Shown: in pieces, positions 26,940-41,780 of the stretch
How the letters are laid out: every line of letters begins with the position of its first letter
Numbering within the stretch: position 1 is the first letter of the stretch
Assembly (NCBI GenBank): GCA_964016885.1
Contig: OZ024742.1
Coordinates: 85,684,001 to 85,748,000, forward strand
Length of the DNA stretch: 64,000 bases
Origin: Eledone cirrhosa
Lineage: Eukaryota
Direction: 5' to 3'
Program-made: the position numbers and the translations under genes
Notes under the pieces: generated by a model
Told to the model about the DNA's origin: nothing
Databases searched by the model: none
Seen by the model: only the letters and a program-made list of their open reading frames with translations

Positions 26940-27270
26940 TGGAGAGCTTTGTACCAGCGCTAGAAGTTTGATTTTGAAAAATGCTAATCGCATCTGCAAC
27001 TTTGATTTTACTCACTATTATATATATGTCCTTTTATCGGTATGTTCTCTGTGTTTTCTTTTTTTTCCGACTTCTGTTTAATTTTTCTCTCTCTCCATTT
27101 TTCCTTCCCAATAACTTTCAAAGCTACTCGGCGCACTAAAGATAGACATATTGTCTTTAATGCGTTGAAATATCGGTGACCCCAGTAGACATCTGAAGAG
27201 GGTCTGTGCCTTGTTTGTACTTTCCTTTTATTTCTAAATACACTTCATCAAGTAACCATACAGCCCCTTG
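26940..27270 (+). repeat. Dispersed repeat, probable PLE 3' end; homolog at ~51580-51830 (-)
   Basis: Shared gcgt(t/a)gaaatatc...acccagtagaca(t/a)ctga(a/t)gagg block after a pyrimidine-rich tract. Confidence 0.5.
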
Positions 27271-27345
27271 TTTCTTCTCTCTTTCTTCCTCTCTCCCACC
27301 CCCTCTCTCTATCTCGCTCTATCTCTCTCTCTCTATCTCTCTCTC

Positions 27346-27404
<59 letters not shown>

Positions 27405-27529
27405 CAGGTAGAGCCGCTAATTCTCCGACTTAATTGATCACGGCTCCGATAATATGCGCATCTGATTAGAATGTCACACGAAGAATAACTGAAGATAATT
27501 TACGTGCCAAACCAGTCGGCAGGTGACCC

Positions 27530-27561
27530 AGGGTTAGGTATAGGGTTAGGGTTAGGGTTAG
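27530..27561 (+). repeat. Short interstitial (TTAGGG)n tract
   Basis: agggttaggtatagggttagggttagggttag. Confidence 0.8.
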
Positions 27562-27820
27562 ACCCGACCAAAATGTTTGGATAACATCTAGTAGCCCTGC
27601 TGCCATCGCTTGGGGATTTAGGTGCATTAGTTGGAGATAGATTCTTCCGACTCGACATACCGGAAGGATTGTTTGAGCAATCTGTCCCCTTAGTCAGTCT
27701 CTGGAATAAGTGTGTGAAGATGACGAAAGCGAAGAAGAAGCGGAGGAGGAGGAGTAGGAGGTGGATGAGAAGATATATATACTCTATTGAGAGTGGGGAG
27801 ACGATATATATACATATACT

Positions 27821-27852
<32 letters not shown>

Positions 27853-28639
27853 AATATATATGTGTGTGTTTGTGTGTGTGTGTGTTTGTGTGGGTGGGTT
27901 GGTGTGTGGGTGTGTGTGTGTATGTGTTTGTGCATGTACGTGTACATTAACATTTATGAAAATGCGCTCTTTTAACTATATCATTTGTCATTTGCAATGT
28001 ATAGCTATATACACTTTGCAGTTTTTGTAAATGAAAATTGTTCACAAATATGCACGATGTAGCTCTTCGCAATGTGATGTCATAATGGGTATTATTTTTT
28101 TCTGCAAAATGGATATATATTGTTCATCAGGATATCTACGTTAATTCCTGAGATATTTTGAATTAAATCAGCATATATAAAGAAGACAAAGTTTAACCGA
28201 ATATGTTAATTCATACCTAATATTTGATGCTGTTGTGATATAGCATTTACAGTTCTATGATAACAATCAACCGCAGACAATGTTTTGGGTGTTTCCTTTT
28301 ATTGTGATGTGAATAAACATAACATTAAATACCATATTAAGACTCTAGATAAAATAATCATATAGTTTGGGCATGGTAGGACATTAAGTCTCTTTCCTCA
28401 GACGTTTTAATTTTACGGAGAAGCTCGGCTCTGCCGGCTCCAAGAATGATCTGTACCTCTTGTCTTCCTATTTACGTTGGACATTTGTATACTGGGAAAA
28501 ATAGACGCCCTCGCCTCTCCTCTCGGCCACGGCCTGCTCCCGTTCAAGAGCCACGTCATGTTACTTTGTATTGCTGAGGATTTCGGTGATAAGGGGACGA
28601 CTGGAGGAGTTTGTGGAAAAGTAGACAGGCAACTCCAAA

Positions 28640-29330
28640 ACCGAATTAGATCGGAGACACATGGCTGAGAACGGTGTCATGGAATTCAGCCTCTCCATAG
28701 TTAACGTCTAACACCTGGAACTTAAATAGGATGTCCTCGAGTCCGCGGAGTTTTATATCTAGGATGATAAACTGAGGTTCCTCAATTGCCATCTCCGTTG
28801 AGCCTCCTAGATCCCGATCGTCCATGTATCACGCTTTGAAGGGTGCACATGTTGAGCCGACAATATCATCAACTAGCAGCTCAAATAGGAGAAGGCCGAG
28901 CGGTTCTCCTTGCTGGAAACCCGTAATGGATGTAAGCTTGTTGTCATCGGCTATAGTAGGCTGGGTCTTCGCTACGTAAGGTGAGTAAGAGGTAAACTGA
29001 GGGGACATTGATCAAGCTTAATGTTTTTGAAAGCTTTCCCATGTCCAGTTATGGAGGTGTGGATAAGAATGAGCCATATGTTCTATAAAATGTCTGCTCG
29101 AATAAGCTTTCGCCTAACATCTACATGTGTCTCCTTTACCGACATAGACAGGTTTTATTGCAGGCTATCTTGGCTACAAGTCGTCGTAAGACGTTGCCGA
29201 TTACTATTGGATGGACGACTCCATCATTTTCCCCAGAGCCATCATACAGGCTGAGAAGAAAAATTCTTCGTCATAGCAGGGGAAGGTGGTGCGGAGAAGA
29301 CAATTGGTGAGTGATGTGATTGACAGGAAC
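28640..29330 (-). mobile_element. CRE-like RT fragment
   Basis: GFQQGEPLGLLLFELLVDDI..*YMDD, similar to the 48.4-kb element. Confidence 0.65.
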
Positions 29331-30149
29331 AATCTTACTCCCGCCTCAGCATCAATTAGCATAATACTAATGGCTATATAAGCCCATAATCCCCTTCCCG
29401 TCCTTCAAAGAAAATATTATAGGCCCTTCATGCACCTAAGCCAATTTTTGCAGCAATATTCTCATACCTATATACATTCGTATCCATCTGTTTGGGAGCT
29501 ATGTTTTTCAAACTTATATGACTATAGTATAAGATGCAAGGGGAAATATATGGTATTGGTGAAGGAATGATGAAACCGCATTCTCCTAATAAATATAAAA
29601 CTTATATTTCATATACTTAAACAATCTATTAGTGTCAGTTCCTTCGATTCTCGAGGAACACCTCTGTAATCTATGGTATCGGCAAAAATGTAAAACGTAA
29701 CTCAAAATATTCTTTGGTTTCAATATGTATTGTCGCCTCCGATCAAATTAATGCTTCAGCAAAATAAAAAAAAGTGTTTACTATACGGGATTAATTCTTA
29801 CTTATATGTAAACAAAATATGGCTATACACATACATGCACTAAAAGAAACATCCCGAAAAAATTCATTAGAGTTTAGTAACATGTTAAATCATCAGTACA
29901 CAGACATTTTATCAGAGATCTCTCTTCCTAAACGGAGTTGTAGTGCGTATATATTATCCAAAATTATAATCTCCCAGAATTAAGTCATTCTCTCATCGTA
30001 TAATCATCAGCATTGTCTCTTACTAAATAATTATTTCTGGAAATACAGAAATGTGATTGACAAGTTAGGAGCAACATCCAACTAACCAGAGTAAGGGAGA
30101 GATCAATGTCAATGCAATTTATATAGAAAGTGGGTGTTAAATATCATTG

Positions 30150-30331
30150 AATTGGCAGTATCGGTAGAGAGTTGGATGCCATGCTTTCTAGCATAGTTAC
30201 GCCCCTTTACGGTCTGAGTTAAAATTCCGCCGAGGTTAACTTTGCCTTTCATCCTTAAGGGGTCGATAAAATAAAGTACCAGTAATGCACTGGTTATTTG
30301 CTAGCCTTGTGCCAACAGTAGAAACAATTAT
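30150..30331 (+). mobile_element. tRNA-derived SINE
   Basis: Matches the family consensus. Confidence 0.9.
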
Positions 30332-30570
30332 AGTTAAAAGATAAACAGATACAGGAGTGAAACATAGCATACATATATGAGATCGTATATATATATATAG
30401 AGAAATATATATATATATATATATATATATTTATTAATTTACTTTATTTTATTTTTAAAAAAAAATTTATAATTATTATAATTATTCTTAATTTAATTTT
30501 TATTTCATTTTATTTTATTTTTATTTTACACTTCTTAATCCAATTTTTAGTATTCAAATTCGATATTAAA

Positions 30571-30753
30571 TAATTGTTTCTAGTTTTAGGCACAAGGCCA
30601 GCAATTACCCAGTGCATTACTGGTACTTTATTTTATCGACCACGTAAGGATGAAAGGCAAAGTTAACCTCTGCGGGATTTGAACTCAGATCGTAAAGGAA
30701 CGTAACTATGCTGGAAAGCATGGCGTCCGACCCTCTACCGATACTGCCAATCC
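30571..30753 (-). mobile_element. tRNA-derived SINE
   Basis: Reverse complement of the family consensus. Confidence 0.9.
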
Positions 30754-30820
30754 ATAATATACCCAGTTTCTTTATTCTAGACATCTAATATTTGTATATT
30801 AACACATTCACCTCATCCAT

Positions 30821-30857
<37 letters not shown>

Positions 30858-31241
30858 TTATTATTTTTTTAGCCATATTCACAGCTGTTTTTTTTCATTT
30901 TTGTCATTTTTGACAGCGTTCCCGATCAAAAGTATCTCTCTCTCTCTCTCTCTCTTTCTATTTCTCTCTCCTCCTTCTTTCTTTCTTTTTTCCTCTCTTC
31001 TATTTCTTTTTTCCCTTTTCCTTCATCTTTCCTTTTCTTCATTTTTCCTATTTTTTTCACTTTTCTTATACTTTTGTCATATGTTGACTGGACATTTTTT
31101 AGTTCACAAGTGTTTTTAGGCTTCATATCATGTTACCTTATTTTAGCTGATAACAACACAATTTTTGTCCCAGGATGATGTTGTTTTCGAAATGCGCATA
31201 ATAAAATATATGGAACTTTTTAAAGCATCTTTTAATGTCTT

Positions 31242-31301
<60 letters not shown>

Positions 31302-31306
<5 letters not shown>

Positions 31307-33844
31307 GGAAACAGAAATAACAACACAATCGGTACAGTATACGGAAGTGTTATATAGCAGGAAGAGGGTGTTAACGTTTCGGACACTAGTCCTTCATCAG
31401 AAGGAAGAATACGAAATAAAATAGATTGAGGGACGAGCGGGATAGAATTGTGAAAAATGTCTTCAGATAAAAATAACAGGTCCATTCATGTTGACATCTC
31501 TTGCAAAACTGTTGGTGCTGGCGTTTTGTGTAAGATTTATTTTTTAGAAAATTGGATGATGGAACGAATCTACCTAAAATGAAAAAAAAAACGTTTTTTT
31601 AAAAAGAGCTATACTTGAGCACGTGCGTAAGTATGTATTTGTGTGTGTGTGTGTTATTATACGTCCGTACGAAGCTAAGAAGAAATATGTGTGTATATGT
31701 GAGTAAAGAGTTTGCGTGCATGTAAGTACGAAACTATGAGCAAAAGTATGTACATATTAGGGTGTGAATGGAAAAGTGGGGTGTACATATATAGTTGGCT
31801 TGTATTAGCTGTAAGAGAAGCTGCTAACGATCAAGAGAAAGCGATAGGAAACTAGGGGTGTGATAATAGACGGGGTATTAGAGAAATTGGGGAGGTAAGT
31901 TGAGTCCAAGAGGGCAATAGGACCCAGGGCGGTAAATTAGACTTTGTTCAGTCCTGGTGCGCAAGGCCTATGATCCATGATGTAAAAAGCCACCCAGGAC
32001 TGAAACATGTAGGGAAGAATGACCAGTAGAAAAGAAATGACGCGCGACAGCAATATCCAAACCGAGTCGTATGTCCCTCAAGTGTTCGGCAAAAGCATCC
32101 GCCATACGGCATCCCGTTTGTACGATATATAAAGACCCGCAAAAGGAACACGGGAGGGCATAGACAACGGGGTGGATATGCAGGTGAAGGAATGGCGGAT
32201 ACGGAAAAACCCGTTAGGGCCTGTAAGAGTGGTGAGAGTAGAAATAAATGGACAAATGTTACCGCGGAAGGGGAACAAGGATGAGAGCCGGGTGGAGTCG
32301 TGGGAGAGGATGAAAAGGAACTACCCACCAGGAGGTCGCGGAGGTTGCGGGCGCGCTTAAAAGCAGTAATGGGTGGGTTTGGAAAAAAGCGAGAAGTGAC
32401 GGGGTCAGAAGAGAGGATACGGCAGGAACGGAGGATATGTCGCCGGAGTGGTAGTGTGATGGGGTGGTAGGTGAGAGGGAAAGGAATACGAGTGTTGGGA
32501 GGACGAGGGTGAGGTCAGTGGGCTGTGGTGCGGTCTGTTTCATGGGCGCGGGCGAGAGAAGCCTGGATCAAGTTGGGGGGATATCTACGCGGGATGAAGA
32601 AGGAAGCCATGCGAAGGGAATGGCTTTCGAAATCGTCGTCGTGGCTACAGAGTCGAGGAAGAGGGAGGAATTGGGAATAGAGTATGGAGGGTTTGGTGTG
32701 GGTTGGATGAAAGGAGGTGAAGTCGAGAAAAGATTGGGAGTCTGTTGGTTTAATGAAAATGGAAGTGGAGAGGAGAGGGAAGATGGAGGTGACAGTGATT
32801 AAGAGATAGAGAGATATCTAGAAAAGGGACAGAAGAATCGGAGAAGGAGGCGGTGAAATTAAGAGCAGCATGGAAATATTGGACAAAAGAAAGAAAACAG
32901 TCGAGCTGTTCTCGTGATAGAGAGGTGGCACCGATACAGTCGTCGATATAACGACTGTATATCTCAGGAGTCGGTCCAGAGTACTGGGAGAAGATCTGGG
33001 CTTCGACGTAGCCAACACATAAGTTACCATAGTTTGCACCCATTCTGGTTCCCATCGCTACCCCATAGATCTGTTGATAAAATTCACCCGAAAAAGAATA
33101 TCCATTGAGAGTGAGAACAAGCTCAGCCAGACGGAGAAGAGTAGTACTGGGTAAGAGGTAGGGCGTAAACTAAAAATGGTTGGAGAGCGCAGATGCCGAA
33201 ATCATGAGGGATGACGGTATATAGAGAATGATGTCCAGGGTAAAGAGAAGGCGGGAGGCACCAGGAGGGAAGGAGAAAGAGGAAGGCGAGGATGGTGTCT
33301 AAATATTCAGAAATTATCTCAGTGGGGCAGTTACACGCAGAAACGATAGGACGGCCAGGATAATTTCGTTTGTGTATTTTGTGGATGAAGAAGATGGTGG
33401 GTGTGCGAGGGGTGCATAGAATAAGGTTGGTGGCTTTGGGGGGTAGGAGAGAGTAGGAGATGAGCTCGTGGATGATGGAGGACACGAATTGATGGTAGCC
33501 TGGAGTGGGGACAGAGGATAAAGGGTGGTAAAAAAGGGTATTGTGAAGCTGGCGGAGAGCCTCAGCCCTATAGAGGTCAGCGCTCCAAACCACCACAGCG
33601 CCACCTTTGTCAGCGGGTTTGATGAAAACACCATCGCGACTCCGAAGGTTCGAAGAGCGGAGACCTCAGTCCGCGTAATGTGAGAGCGACGAGAATGTAT
33701 CGACAAAGGGGTCGAGGCTGCTGATCTGGCCAGAGCTCGGCGTCCAATGTCATTGCCGGCGACTGAGACGAGTGAAGTCATCCGTTTGTGTCGATGATGG
33801 CGTGTCGTGAAAAAAAGCTTTCACCTTTAATCGACGGAAGAACC

Positions 33845-33845
<1 letters not shown>
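31302..33845 (-). mobile_element. Decayed Neptune-like Penelope element (RT and GIY-YIG)
   Basis: PADKGGAVVVW, KIHKRNYPGRPIVSAC, MGTRMGANYGNL, RYIDDC, PFLDI, terminal EQSLIYRPG..PLGLN; HHR motif in the 3' region; (TA)n at both ends. Confidence 0.9.
31371..31404 (-). ncRNA. Minimal HHR motif at the 3' end of the Neptune-like PLE
   Basis: CTGATGA A GGAC TAGT GTCC GAAA CG TT; stem I is not clearly paired. Confidence 0.65.
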
Positions 33846-33918
<73 letters not shown>

Positions 33919-34043
33919 ATACTTTGGGAGGGCCATGTTGCCAAATTCAGAAACGAAATATATATATATATATATATATATAAGTATAAAAGGAGAAAAA
34001 CAAAGGTAAAAATAGGGATCTATGTATAAAATAGAGCTATTTA

Positions 34044-34251
34044 ATTAGAAAGTAACAACACAATATTAACATTCGCCTACGTCACTCATCAGAAAAAAGG
34101 GTTACGAAGATATGAAAATACGTATATATATAGATGAAAATACATTTCATATATTCATAACCTATTATTCTGATGAGCGACGTAGGCGTATGTTAATATT
34201 GTCTAAGGTCCTGAAATCTTTGGTAATGGACTAGTTATATATTGTGTTCAC

Positions 34252-34259
<8 letters not shown>
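34044..34259. mobile_element. Palindromic mini-element with a decayed HHR in both arms
   Basis: 34060-34117 is approximately the reverse complement of 34145-34202; each arm has CTGATGA G(C/T)GACGTAGGC G(A/T)ATGTTAATA; ends attagaaagt/actttctaat followed by (TA)n. Confidence 0.75.
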
Positions 34260-34334
<75 letters not shown>

Positions 34335-35352
34335 GAGAGATTAAGAAAAATCAAAATTAGTGTCGCAGCATAATTTCTAAATTTATTGGTTTATTGCAAT
34401 TGTTTCAATATTGATGCACTCAGGTTACAATCACGATGACGTGGTCCAACTCATTTTTCTAGTTCAGATAAGATTTGCGAGTATATATTTGCACAATATT
34501 ATTTGTACTTATGATGCAAAAACGACTCCGATTCTACTTAAAATATTAACATCCTTCGCACTTAGGTCTGGAATAAAACCCAAATTCATTGAGCGCTTCG
34601 AACCACGTGTCAATTGTAACTGTAGCTACACAACTAGCTTACACAATTATATATGCATGTGTATATATGTGAGTTAGTTTTTCTTTTGTTTACTTGCATT
34701 TTTAATTAAATCGTTAATTGGATAGTTAGTTGAGTTTCCATTTACCTAATTAGCTATTCATTTAATTAGCCGTTTTGTTAGTTAGCTTTTAATTTAAGCA
34801 GACGTTTAAAATTTTTTTTTTAACAGAGCATTATTTGGGAATTCACAAATACATTTTTTACTAGATAACGTAATGTTGAAGCAAAGAAATCAAATGTATC
34901 AATTTCATTTTGGATAATATCTCATCAATACAACATCGCTAGACACTGGTATAAATAAATGTTTTGGGGGCATTTAATTTTGTATCTATTTCTATTCTTA
35001 CAATTCTCTGAATCACACCACTGCTACGTTACGTATATTTTCTCATGGAATGAATTTACTTTTCCCACTTCATCCATCGTTGTTGTTTCAATTTTTTTAA
35101 GATTTTCTTTTCCTTATTCCGCATCCTTTCAGTGTATTCATTTTTTTCCTCTAATATATTCATCTCTATATATATATGTGTTCCGAACATAACATCACTG
35201 ATACACATATATGACGGTAAGCTTAAAGTTATATTTCTTTATCGTATTAGATACGTAAGTACTTATTTTATTTATCTATTTTATTTGAATATTCTGTATG
35301 TTTTTTTCCCCTGGTTCCCACCCGTTTCTGAATTGTAATGTAAATGTTTCTG

Positions 35353-35430
<78 letters not shown>

Positions 35431-36972
35431 GGGGGGGGGGCAATGTGCGTGTGTGTGTGTATGTGTGTGTATATATATATATATATATTTACTCGAAAAT
35501 ATATTTCATGCACAAAATGAAATGACCATAGCACCCACAAATATCCTATATCTGTAATTCAAAGGGCCAATCTTGACACACTATTTGTTATACTGTACCA
35601 TAGACGGAACAATATTATGTGTGCATGTGACTGTAGAATGTTCATCTACTTGCACGTTGATTTCACAAGCAGGATATTACGTTCAGTAAACCACAGGAAC
35701 TCTCATCGTCTTATGATGTACATTATTCTGTGTTTTTAGGAGAGGAAATGGTATTTGGCAAGTAAGGAAAAGGCTGAATTCTCATTATCTGCATTGATTT
35801 TACATTATGCACATGAAATTCCAAATAAATATTCATGATTTTGCCAATATAATATATTTCTAAACTAGCAAATTTCTGCGAAAAATATGGAGGAATTGCC
35901 GATGAAAAGATTAAATTTAATATATAGATAAATCATTTTCTGTAGAAAGTTTATCTGTATGTTTTAACTTATAAATACATTTCTTTTTAACGAAATCGTC
36001 ATTTACGTACGATTCTCAAAAGGAGCGACAATCCAGTTTTAAAATGTGTATGATATACATATTTATTTTTTGCTTAATATGACTTGCTTAATATGGTGTG
36101 AATTGAAGAGGGAACTAAGCCATTTCTCTTCTTACGTTGTTTTGATGTTTTACTGTTTTTGACAGACGTACAGCAACTGTAACTCACTGGATTGTAATCC
36201 TAATCTTCCTTAACACGATAGTGCCGTCATTTCTTTCACCGTGGTACATCCCGTTCTACGTTTTGCAAAGTGTCATTCTAATCTTTAGGAGAATAAGATT
36301 TAAATTTGGGTAGCAATTATTTTTTCTATTAAGCTGAACAGCAAGGCCAGGTTGCATAAGTGCATGGTGTTCCCGCATAGTCAGTATATTAATGCTCCAG
36401 AAATGTACCTAAAACCGAATCGTATCTGTGATGAGAAGAGAAACATGAAACAACAAAAGAAAAACAATCACTTCAAAATAAAACACATATTACCACAGTA
36501 TAGATTTAAGAAACTTATCAAAAAGCAGACCAAAGTGTTATGGAAGCTAATAAAATCCAGTTTTATCAATGTTAGATGCTTAATTATTCCCTCCATTTCC
36601 AGTCTATGTTAGCATCTCACCTTAATTACTTTACCCTCAACAGCTTATTATGCTTATTTTGAGGTGGTATGAATAAAATATTTCCGAATATAAAACCACA
36701 TTGCACGAACACAGGAACGTATACAATTATACAAGCGTAATATTTCTTCATAGAATGGTACAATATTTGAATTCTAATCTAATCAACAGTCAGAGTGTAA
36801 TACCCAATATGTATAATTAATAAATATAGACATAACTTTTAAAAAATGGATGAATATATTCTTTTGAATTTAAAATAAGTCATCTTTAAGATATTTCACA
36901 TATTTCCTGAAACATATGAACTTAAATAGATAACACTACACACACACACACACACACACCCACACACACACC

Positions 36973-37029
<57 letters not shown>

Positions 37030-37344
37030 TAGTCAGATAATTAAAGGTGGCATCATTTTCTTCGCAAACGAAATCAGATATTTACTCGAAATGCTGTAAT
37101 TAACTATACATACGTTAGGGTTCGTGAGACTGTTTATTGGCCCGTCGCTGGATATATATACATACACAAATATACACACACATATATACACAAACACATG
37201 AATATATATATATATATAGTGTATGTATGTTTATGTTCTGGATATTTATTTATATATTTTTCCCCTCAATTTTTCCCCGTTATTTTATTTCAGCCTCACT
37301 TTTAATAAACATTTATAAATCCACATTTAATATACATTCCACAT

Positions 37345-37527
37345 TATTGGCAGTATCGGTTGTGGGTCAGACGCCATGCTTTGCACCACAGTTACGTCTC
37401 TTTACGAACTGAGTTCAAATCCCGTCGAGGTTAACTTTGCCTTTCATCCTTAAGGGGTCGATAAAATAAAGTACCAGTAATGTACTGGGTAATTGCTGGC
37501 CTATGGGCCAAAAGTAGAAACAATTAT
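37345..37527 (+). mobile_element. tRNA-derived SINE
   Basis: Matches the family consensus. Confidence 0.9.
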
Positions 37528-37529
37528 TT

Positions 37530-38775
37530 TCAATAGTCGTCGTCGTCTTGTTCTTCTTACTGAAAGAGCCGTAGAGGCAGAATTCTCAATTAAATGTCTC
37601 CGGCTGGATCCGTAGGCACGACCAGACAAGCTCACTGATGTTATCTAAACATCTTGCTCAGAGGTATGCCATTGAACCTCTTGCCTGTCAGTTTAGCTCG
37701 TAAAATCTTTCCAGCGATTATTCCCTGAGACCTTCTCACCACATGCTCATAATATCGGATCTCTGATCCTTCAATTCGGACAAGTAGCCGCTCTAACTGA
37801 TGGGACTCTCTGATGTCCGAGCTACGCACTATATCGAGTAAAGTTACTCCAAAGACCTTTCAGAGGAATACTGTTTCGGCCGCTTGTATCCGTGATCGTA
37901 TTCATTCGGTCATTACCCAAGATTCATGACCCTAGTTAAGGTTTGCCACAAATAAGTAATTGAAGACATCGAATTTGGCTTTCACGCTTACCTCGCTCAA
38001 TCGGATTACTGAATGCTGAAGATGGCGCATTACTGAAGCATCTGATGCAATTATTGACTTAATGCAGCCTCGTGTCTTCCATCCTTCGTAAAGAAGACCC
38101 CAAGATACGTGAACATCAAGCTCGGATGCGCATGTCAATTCTGTTCATAAAATAATGAACAGCAGAGGTGAAAGTTTACCCCAATGTGGGAATCCGTCTC
38201 CCACATTTAATGGTTTAGCACCATTTATACGAAATCAAATATTCGCGCATTCGTATAGAAACTATCATCGATCCCATTCTTCTTCACAACTCTCCACAGC
38301 AGGTACCAGGAATCGCGGTCATATACCTTTCCAAATGCGACAAAATAAAAACATTCTCTTGGCTATACTGCCGCGATTTCTGGAATACCTGCCGCTATTT
38401 GAATACTGTTTTGCGCCCGGGGCGAAAATCGAGCTGTTTATCAGTTAGCTTAGACTCAATAATCTCCATGCATCTATTTCCCAGATACTCAGCATACGAG
38501 GCTTAACAAAGAGATGACATCACCCGTAATTTGAACAATCCCTTTTGTCAGCCTTCTTTTTAAATTGGGAATATAAGTCCATTGCTTAGGTGGATATCCA
38601 GAAATCCCTGCCACCCGGCACTCATGACTGAGCCGGGAGTACCTTCTCTATTTAAGGATATTAATATCTCAGGCCGGATTTCATCTTCCCCAGTGACCTT
38701 GTCGCATTTCAGCTCTTTAACTGGTCTTGTGATTTCAGTGTCTGGTACGTTAGTAACTGTTCATATAGGCACCTA
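37530..38775 (-). mobile_element. Decayed RTE-clade LINE 3' part
   Basis: HESWVMTE.IRSRIQAAE, RSSDIRE..LERLLVRIE..RYYEHVVR..KILRAKLTGKR. Confidence 0.8.
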
Positions 38776-39129
38776 GTATATATCAGAAGATCCAGTTGTG
38801 ATCGTGTTTCAGAGAAATGAAAAAAGTATTCCCTCGAATTCTCGAGGTTGCAGCTCTCTGAAGGAACCTACTATATCGATAATAATATATTCCTTCTTTG
38901 TACTGTGTCGTCTGCTCAGTCGTTTGTATATATACACGTGCCGCCACATGCATACACCTGCACAAATGTATATTTGCCTACACACACATATGCTTCCACA
39001 TATATATATATAAACAAAACCGTAAATTAAAAGTTAAAAATACATTATGCAATAACAAAACACAATATACCATAAAATAACGGTAAATTACGGTAACATA
39101 AAATATACAATATAATATAATATACAATA

Positions 39130-39200
<71 letters not shown>

Positions 39201-39415
39201 CACACACTCATACATGTACACATACTCATACATACATATACGGATGATATGTGATAAAGTAATACAACAAGAATAATAGTAATAATCAAAAGCATATATA
39301 CTCCATATATAATCATCCGCACACATTCTTATGAGATGCACATAAACGCATACATGTATGCACAAATACACGTACACACATATAGAGGCCCGCATATGCA
39401 TGCACCCGCACCCAT

Positions 39416-39496
<81 letters not shown>

Positions 39497-40056
39497 CACA
39501 CACGTATATATATATACACACTTACCCACCCACAAACACACACCTACTCATATGTGGCTATACATATATACGCACACATATATAAACATAGATACATATA
39601 TATATTCATATATATACACATATATATATATACACATACACCTACATTCCGCCACATATGTACATACATGCACATGTATGTATATACACGCGTATAAGCT
39701 TTTGCATACACGCACCCATGCCCATATACACTCTCCCGCAGCCACCCACGTATATATATATATACACATCTACACACACACGTACATATACCCACGCACA
39801 GGTCCACACATAAAAACACGCGAATATAAACACAATATGATAATAAAATAAAATAAATAAATACATTTACAATATTTTAGGGTACATTAAAATCCGTATG
39901 TAACTGCATAAATAGGTATAAGGGAAAAAACAAAACAAAAAAAAAACGTGGGGGGAGGTACAGGAGAAGTTGCGTGTGTCCATGTGATATACTACACACA
40001 GGTAGTATAAGATTCAAACTTGTGTCCGTGTGTAGAACAGGTAACAGTAACAGAAC

Positions 40057-40247
40057 AATAATTGTTTCTACGTTAGGCACAAGGCCATCAATTATCCAGT
40101 GCATTACTGGTACTTTATTTTATCGACCCCGTAAGGATAAAAGTGAAAGTTAACCTCGGCGGGATTTGAACTCAGAACAGCAAGGGCCGTAACTCTATGC
40201 GTCAAAGCATGGCGTCCGACTCTCTACCGATACTGCCAATTCACCGC
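40057..40247 (-). mobile_element. tRNA-derived SINE
   Basis: Reverse complement of the family consensus. Confidence 0.9.
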
Positions 40248-40259
40248 GAACAATAATGA

Positions 40260-41780
40260 TAGTAATAATCACTGGAACAGGTGGAGTCACGATTGACGGG
40301 GTCCACATTCAATGTGACGCCCGTCCCAGTCGTCATAGGGCATGGCACCGTGGCTGGGGTGTGCTGTTCTATATGTTTAGGGCACAGGACCGGGCGGCAG
40401 TGGGCCCCGTGTCAGCCGGTCCCGGCCCATGCAGTGTATCTTCCAATGTTGCGTGCCCGCTCAAGTGCGAACCTGGTTTACATATGTTTGCCTCACTAGT
40501 CGGACACCGTCATCATAGCATGGTGTCAGGTTCCCTAACCCCGTTGGGCCAATCGGGTCTGTGCGTACCCGTTCTAATGCCCCCTGCCTGGGTCACCCGG
40601 CGGATTCCATGCTGCAAATGTGCATCTTCTCTGGTGTCTGCATGTCATGATAATTTCGGACTTCAGGTTGACGGCGTCATCCTTCAGTCTGACTATCTCC
40701 ATGGCCTCGTGTAGGCACTATCGGCACTTTCTACTTCCGGCCGAATATGCCCTCGCGTGGCGAACGATATTCTATTCCAGGGTGTATGGTGCCTTGGTCT
40801 TTCAGGTCCCACACCAGGTCCACTAACCTAGTTTATTGCATTTTGCTAGGGTCCCTGAAGGAAATCGTGATTATAGATCCGCGATTTAAAGGTCGTGGAT
40901 ATTGCTGCGATGTAGGTGCGACGCGCGTTTTGGGTTGTAACCACACACTTGTATATTAAGTCTTTCATCAAGCATTTTCCCTGTAGGGGGCACCGGGTGC
41001 TCGCTCTACAGTTACAAGTTCTGCTGTCAGTTCTTGTGCATCCGATATACGGGCCCCGATCTGTTATCGCCCTGTCAAGGTTCTGAGGGTGTTGTACCGC
41101 CGACACTGTTGTCTCCCCCTGTGCCACTATTTCCCTCACGGTGTTGGACCATATCGCCCTCCGCGGGCGCACTGGTCGCCTCGTGGGCCGGGTTATCATT
41201 TGAGGGCAGGTCCCTGGGTGGTTCTCCGCGCTCCGAAAGACGGTCACTCTGTCACCGCGGTTGACGGCCAGTGCGCGCCATCTTCACCGTGTTAGTTGTA
41301 GCCATGTAGTCGGCCATATTCGGCGCCCTGGAGAAGGAAAATTTCACCGTGTGGCGGTTGAAGATTGTGTGGTACTTGTTTGTCGGCGGAAAGCACTCAT
41401 CCAGCGCTTGGAAGAAAAGTCCTGGCACGTTGGTGCGTACATGTTTGGAGTAAGGCGCATTGAACCGTGTGCGTGGATTCTTGATGGTGTGTCCAGCGCG
41501 TGTGTATGTATATATGTGTATGTTTGAGTAGGCCATGCTTATCCAACCTGATACATGGCGCGAATTAAGCAGCCGTCATAGGGCTTGTGGCGATATGTAT
41601 ATACAGGTGGGGGTGACTGGGTCCGTAGAAGAGAGTGTATGTGTGTATATATACATTTATGTATGTATGTGGGAGTGTGTATGTCTGCGCATGTAGGCGT
41701 ACGTGTGTGTATGCATAAATATGTCTGTGTCTGCATGTGTTTGTGTATGTGTGTGTATATTAGTATGTGTGGGTGCTTAC
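40260..41780 (-). mobile_element. Inverted 3' half of a Nematis-like PLE (linker and GIY-YIG)
   Basis: RFNAPYSKHVRTNV..LDECFP..IFNRHTVKFSFS, CNCRASTRCPLQGKCLMKDLIYKCVV..TYIA..FKSRIYNH, RSEIIMTCRH. Confidence 0.88.

Noticed and set aside
27160-27205. Circularly permuted (type II) HHR, GAAA..TC preceding CTGAAGA (also ~51635-51680 minus)
   Set aside because: The intervening sequence does not form stem I in either copy.
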